In this document: positions 61,877 through 64,000 of the stretch, one piece after another
Layout: each line of letters begins with the position of its first letter
How positions within the stretch are numbered: position 1 is the first letter of the stretch
Source of the DNA: Oopsacas minuta
Lineage: Eukaryota; Animalia; Porifera
DNA length: 64,000 bases
NCBI GenBank assembly: GCA_024704765.1
Contig: JAKMXF010000326.1
Span: 1 to 64,000 of the forward strand
Reading direction: 5' to 3'
The notes under the pieces: generated by a model
What the model was told of the DNA's origin: nothing
Database searches by the model: none
What the model saw: the letters and a program-made list of their open reading frames with translations, nothing else
Made by a program: the position numbers and the translations under genes

Positions 61877-63185
61877 CAAGGGTTGTTCAATAAATAATGA
61901 GACATATTTTCATAATTCATATAGTAAACTTATACTTATCAAAATTGATTATCAAATGTTTCGATAAATTCCTCCTTTAACTGTATACATCGTTTTCATC
62001 GTTCTGGTAACTTTTCCATCCCAGTGGGATAGAATTCTTTGGGGTGCCTTTTCCCACTGATTATTTAATACTCCAGCCATTTGAAATCATCAAATCTCTT
62101 CCTTCGAAGAGATTTCTTCATCTTTCCAAACAGCCAGTAGTCGCTGGGAGCCAGATCTGGACTATACGGGGATGAGGGAGACATTCAAATCCTAAGTCGT
62201 CAATTGCAGCCATTGTCTTGGGGCTTACATGGGGCCTTGCGTTGTCATGTTGCAGCAATACGCCATGTGTCAACTTGCCTCGCCTCTCACGTTTAATCGC
62301 TTGACGCAATTCTTTCAATTCGTCAACGTAATAATCACTGTTTATGGTTGTCTTCTCAGACAACCAGTCGAGGTGCATAATTCTTTCCCTATCCCCAAAT
62401 ACTGTTGCCATTCTCTTCCCTGCTGATTTTGCGGACTTTACCTTGATGGGTACACGTTCATGACGTCTCTTCCACTACTTCGATTGAGTTTTGCTCACTG
62501 GTCCGTAATAATGAAACCAAGTTTCATACCCCGTTACTATACGATCCAAAAGTCTTCCTCTGCCTTGTATCTTGAAAGTAATTCTTTGCTAACTCTGACC
62601 TTTGCGCGTTTTCTTCTTTTGAAAGAAGTTTTTGGGACCCAACGAGCAGTTACCTTCGACATTTCCAGATCTTCAGTGATAATCGTGTGTAGTGTAGCTT
62701 TTGATATACCTACCTTCTCTTCTAACTCTCGCAGGCTTATCCGTCTGTCCTCGTCCAAAATTGTTTGGACCCTCTCGATATTTTGCGGGTTTTTTGAGGA
62801 AGTCGGACGACCTGGACGAGGGTCATCGTAGAGTTCCTCATCGCCATTATCAAAACGTTCGATTCATCTATTTATGGGTGCTTTCGAAGGACATTCATCA
62901 CCGAAAATATCCTGCATTTCACGAAGAATGCATGAGCCAGTCTTCCCCTTTTCCACAGGTACCAAATTATTTGCCGTTTTTCCTTCTTTGCTTTTGTCCA
63001 TTAGTTGAAAAAGTAGTCTATACAAATCAAACTTTATACTGAAGAATATGCTAGTAGGGTAAAGAGTATATTGTATCGAAGTTAGACAACCAGGTAAGGC
63101 TTGTAATCTGATATTAGGCTTAGAGCTGTATTAACAAGAATGTGAATTCGATACATTAGCCTCATTACTTATAGAACAACACTTG
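61877..63185 (-). mobile_element. mariner (D34D) element with frameshifted transposase
   Basis: 27-bp imperfect TIRs CAAG(G/T)GTTGTTC(A/T)ATAA(A/G)TAATGAG(A/G)C, TA flanks; TARWVPK, LQHDNARPH and (after a 1-nt shift) YSPDLAPSDYWLF giving D34D spacing. Confidence 0.92.
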
Positions 63186-64000
63186 TAACTTATAGATTAA
63201 AAATTTAGTAAATGATCTCTCTTCCAGCTTGGTGAGATCACACCTTTATACCTTCTTCATTGAGTTAGTGTAGTTAGCTAGAAATTCTGGACCAAATGTT
63301 TACCATTCGGCCTCAATCAATATTTTTCCATTATGTCTTTAGGAGCCTTATATTGTAATCACTTTTTGAGTACAGCCCAAGGTTCTCAATAAGTTTGAGA
63401 TCCAGACTATTAGCTGACCAATCTATGGTGTAAATAACGATCGATTTTCGAAGATTCTGATACCTTTGATTAGTGGATACTAGAGTTGCCTTCTAACCTG
63501 CTATAATATATTTTACAGCATCTAATAATTTTAGTTTTCCTATTACAGATAGGCAAACAGTAAGTGCTTTGGCATAAGTATTACAAATATACTGATAACA
63601 TTTTTGGCTATGTTAGTTGATATAATTCACGCTAAATGTATCCATATTTCCCAATCATAAATTTTTAGCAACATCTAGTTAATTGAATAGATAATGACCT
63701 AAATAAATTTTCATATTGTTTCAACCACAAATATCAATTGCTATTGAGTAATTCTGATGCCATCTTTGAATCCACTTGTGAGGCACCCTGAGATCAATTC
63801 TTACCAAGCATAAGTACTAAAGTGGCTGCGTTAGCGAGTTACAAAGATCATAATTTTTATGCCACGACCACATTAGGTCGCCACAGTTGCTCCATATTTG
63901 AAAACTAAATTCGCTTGCTACTTTTTATGTTCCATATACGGTAGTCATTCACCATATCGAATTTGAATTGTATCCAAAATGTATTACAGAGTGTCTAATA

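Noticed and set aside
63200-64000. Coding-like minus-strand tract after the last mariner
   Set aside because: Frequent stops in all frames; no recognisable motif.
1-64000. rRNA, tRNA or other structured RNA genes
   Set aside because: None recognisable by eye; a covariance-model scan (tRNAscan-SE, Infernal/Rfam) would be needed to exclude them.

Overview
AT-rich eukaryotic (animal-like) genomic DNA with short GT-AG introns. The species cannot be determined from the sequence alone. The window is packed with cut-and-paste DNA transposons and their non-autonomous derivatives. I could delimit by TIR and/or TSD: two Chapaev3 (CMC) elements, a THAP/P-superfamily element, three mariners, a DD37D maT element, a Ginger2/TDD-type integrase element, several hAT elements and MITEs (including a near-identical inverted pair), pogo/Tigger-type MITEs, a foldback/Mutator-like MITE and a FLYWCH-MULE remnant. 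Every transposase is frameshifted or stop-interrupted, and I saw no reverse transcriptase. Between the elements are a few intact minus-strand host-like exons (3996-4402, 33203-33839, 43220-44821) that I cannot name. The standout is a ~6 kb two-gene element at 50225-56205. It has 63-bp TIRs built from 22-bp tandem units containing TGCGCATG, an intron-rich KDZ (Kyakuja-Dileera-Zisupton/HMGXB3-like) transposase, and a convergent 4-exon passenger gene. That gene encodes an NRF1/EWG-like DNA-binding domain, a Ser/Asp-rich linker, a Ulp1/SENP-type cysteine protease and a degenerate PHD finger. The element therefore appears to carry both an NRF1-like DNA-binding protein and arrayed NRF1-like sites in its own ends. 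Family assignments rest on motifs recognised by eye and need HMM or structure confirmation. Coordinates of degraded pieces are approximate.
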